Shown: piece after piece, positions 33,902 through 34,993 of the stretch
How positions within the stretch are numbered: position 1 is the stretch's first letter
Layout: the number at the start of each line of letters is the position of its first letter
DNA from: a virus
Lineage: Duplodnaviria > Caudoviricetes
Direction: 5' to 3' (one strand)
DNA: 34,993 bases
IMG/VR virus record: IMGVR_UViG_3300044453_000030
Location: 1 to 34,993 of that record
Made by a program: the position numbers and the translations under genes
The notes under the pieces: generated by a model
Seen by the model: only the letters and a program-made list of their open reading frames with translations
Told to the model about the DNA's origin: nothing
Databases searched by the model: none

Positions 33902-34235
33902 GTTCGTATTCCCTCAGGAGTTTAGCCTCTGCCTCTGGTGACCACGGGTCCAACCGTCGTGCCTCTTCTTCCGCGAGAGGCAAGAAGGCTTGCCGAAGTG
34001 CAGCCTTCAGTGCCTCAGAACGCAGGTTCCGAGATTCGCGATCAGATGTTAGATCACCTCTTTCTAATCTCGATGCTATCTTACCGGATACTTCCCGGAA
34101 CAGGCGTTCGTATTCTTCACATGCAACCGATACGGAATCAGGAGTTGTGTGCGCTTGGTCGCGTCGTGAAAAACCGAAATACCCATAGCCTGCGAGGCAG
34201 GCACCAAATATCAAAGCTAAAATCCGTAGCTTCAT
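33885..34235 (-). CDS. N-terminally anchored helical protein
   Basis: MKLRILALIFGACLAGYGYFGF followed by charged helices. Confidence 0.75.
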   Translation of the reverse strand: MKLRILALIFGACLAGYGYFGFSRRDQAHTTPDSVSVACEEYERLFREVSGKIASRLERGDLTSDRESRNLRSEALKAALRQAFLPLAEEEARRLDPWSPEAEAKLLREYERAERQ

Positions 34236-34579
34236 TCTTCGTCCTCATATACTCGGCACAGAGCCTCATGAAGAGTGTCTCCAGCAACCAAACATTCGAG
34301 AACAAAATCAGCGTCTTCCCGACGCAGAGTTTCAGACATTGCGAGGATGTATGACACTGCCCCCGGTGGAGGAGCAGATATCGGGGTCCCTTCCCAAACC
34401 GAAGGAGGGGCGGAGCCCTGCCCATCTGGCTTTGGGACGGTCGAGGTGGTAGTGGACCCCTTCCCGATCAACCGCAGTCCCATCCGCAGGATCGGGCCAC
34501 CAATAGCCCAGATGACTAGCAGGGCTCCACCAATCGCCAGCGAGGCGGAGAGTGGAGAACTCTTCACAAGCTCAATCAC
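34232..34579 (-). CDS. single-TM membrane protein with Pro-rich linker
   Basis: LAIGGALLVIWAIGGPIL; coupled at both ends. Confidence 0.75.
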   Translation of the reverse strand: MIELVKSSPLSASLAIGGALLVIWAIGGPILRMGLRLIGKGSTTTSTVPKPDGQGSAPPSVWEGTPISAPPPGAVSYILAMSETLRREDADFVLECLVAGDTLHEALCRVYEDEE

Positions 34580-34914
34580 AGACTCTCACCCTTCAGCAGT
34601 GGCGACAAGGCGGATCGCAGAACAACGCGGATCAGCCTACCCTCCAGCATCTCGGCGACGTAAGGAACGTCTACGAGCTCATTGATAAAATCGGCCAGAC
34701 CATCTACGTGTGACTCGAACTCTTCAGCGGAGAGGCCGTCGATTGAGTCCAGCATCAGCGGGAGCAGACGTACTGGAACTTTGTTCAGTAGTGGAGATAT
34801 GATCATCCCCAGTACCAGAGCCTCCGTGTCCTCACCCACAAACGGCACATCCAGTTCCGCATTGACTCGTTTCAGGATCTCCCGCTTCAACTCGGGGAGG
34901 GTCAAATCTGACAT
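34576..34914 (-). CDS. hypothetical protein with an internal duplication (start revised from 34986)
   Basis: GGAG RBS before ATG 34914; two N...DVP.V.E..E units. Confidence 0.75.
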   Translation of the reverse strand: MSDLTLPELKREILKRVNAELDVPFVGEDTEALVLGMIISPLLNKVPVRLLPLMLDSIDGLSAEEFESHVDGLADFINELVDVPYVAEMLEGRLIRVVLRSALSPLLKGESL

Positions 34915-34955
34915 GGTGAGACTCCGAAAATTTAGGTAGTTTAGGTATCTAGCTG

Positions 34956-34983
34956 AATATAGTGGGTCCCGAGAAGTTGTCAA
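34956..34983 (-). promoter_or_regulatory. sigma-70-type promoter heading the late operon
   Basis: TTGACA (34983-34978), 16 nt, TATATT (34961-34956), AT-rich upstream. Confidence 0.7.
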
Positions 34984-34993
34984 CAATAAAATT

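Noticed and set aside
1-34993. Stop-codon reassignment or tRNA genes
   Set aside because: Genes are full-length in the standard code using TAA, TAG and TGA; no cloverleaf seen in the few intergenic gaps

Overview
The window looks like most or all of a ~35 kb tailed dsDNA phage genome (siphovirus-like) with two convergent arms. The + arm (1-11.84 kb) is early/replication: DUF2800 Cas4-like exonuclease, DUF2815 SSB, family A DNA polymerase, VRR-NUC nuclease, a GIY-YIG-like endonuclease, SNF2 helicase, primase-AAA helicase, a sigma-70-family sigma factor, a dNMP kinase and small membrane proteins. The - arm (34.9-11.9 kb) is one translationally coupled late operon: a membrane protein/papain-like C1 peptidase/thioredoxin cassette, a block of fibre/LamG-like virion accessory genes, GpA-type terminase, gpW, lambda-type portal, prohead protease/scaffold, major capsid, head-tail proteins, tail tube, a frameshifting tail chaperone, tape measure, three non-canonical tail-tip genes and two membrane proteins. 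The arms meet at a terminator near 11.85-11.90 kb. I found no integrase, repressor, tRNA, CRISPR array, reverse transcriptase or recognisable peptidoglycan hydrolase. A Planctomycetota-like host is inferred from remembered motif resemblance only. The best novelty candidate is the protease + thioredoxin + membrane protein cassette, which may be an endolysin-independent lysis or envelope-breaching system. All family calls come from reading motifs by eye; no searches were run.
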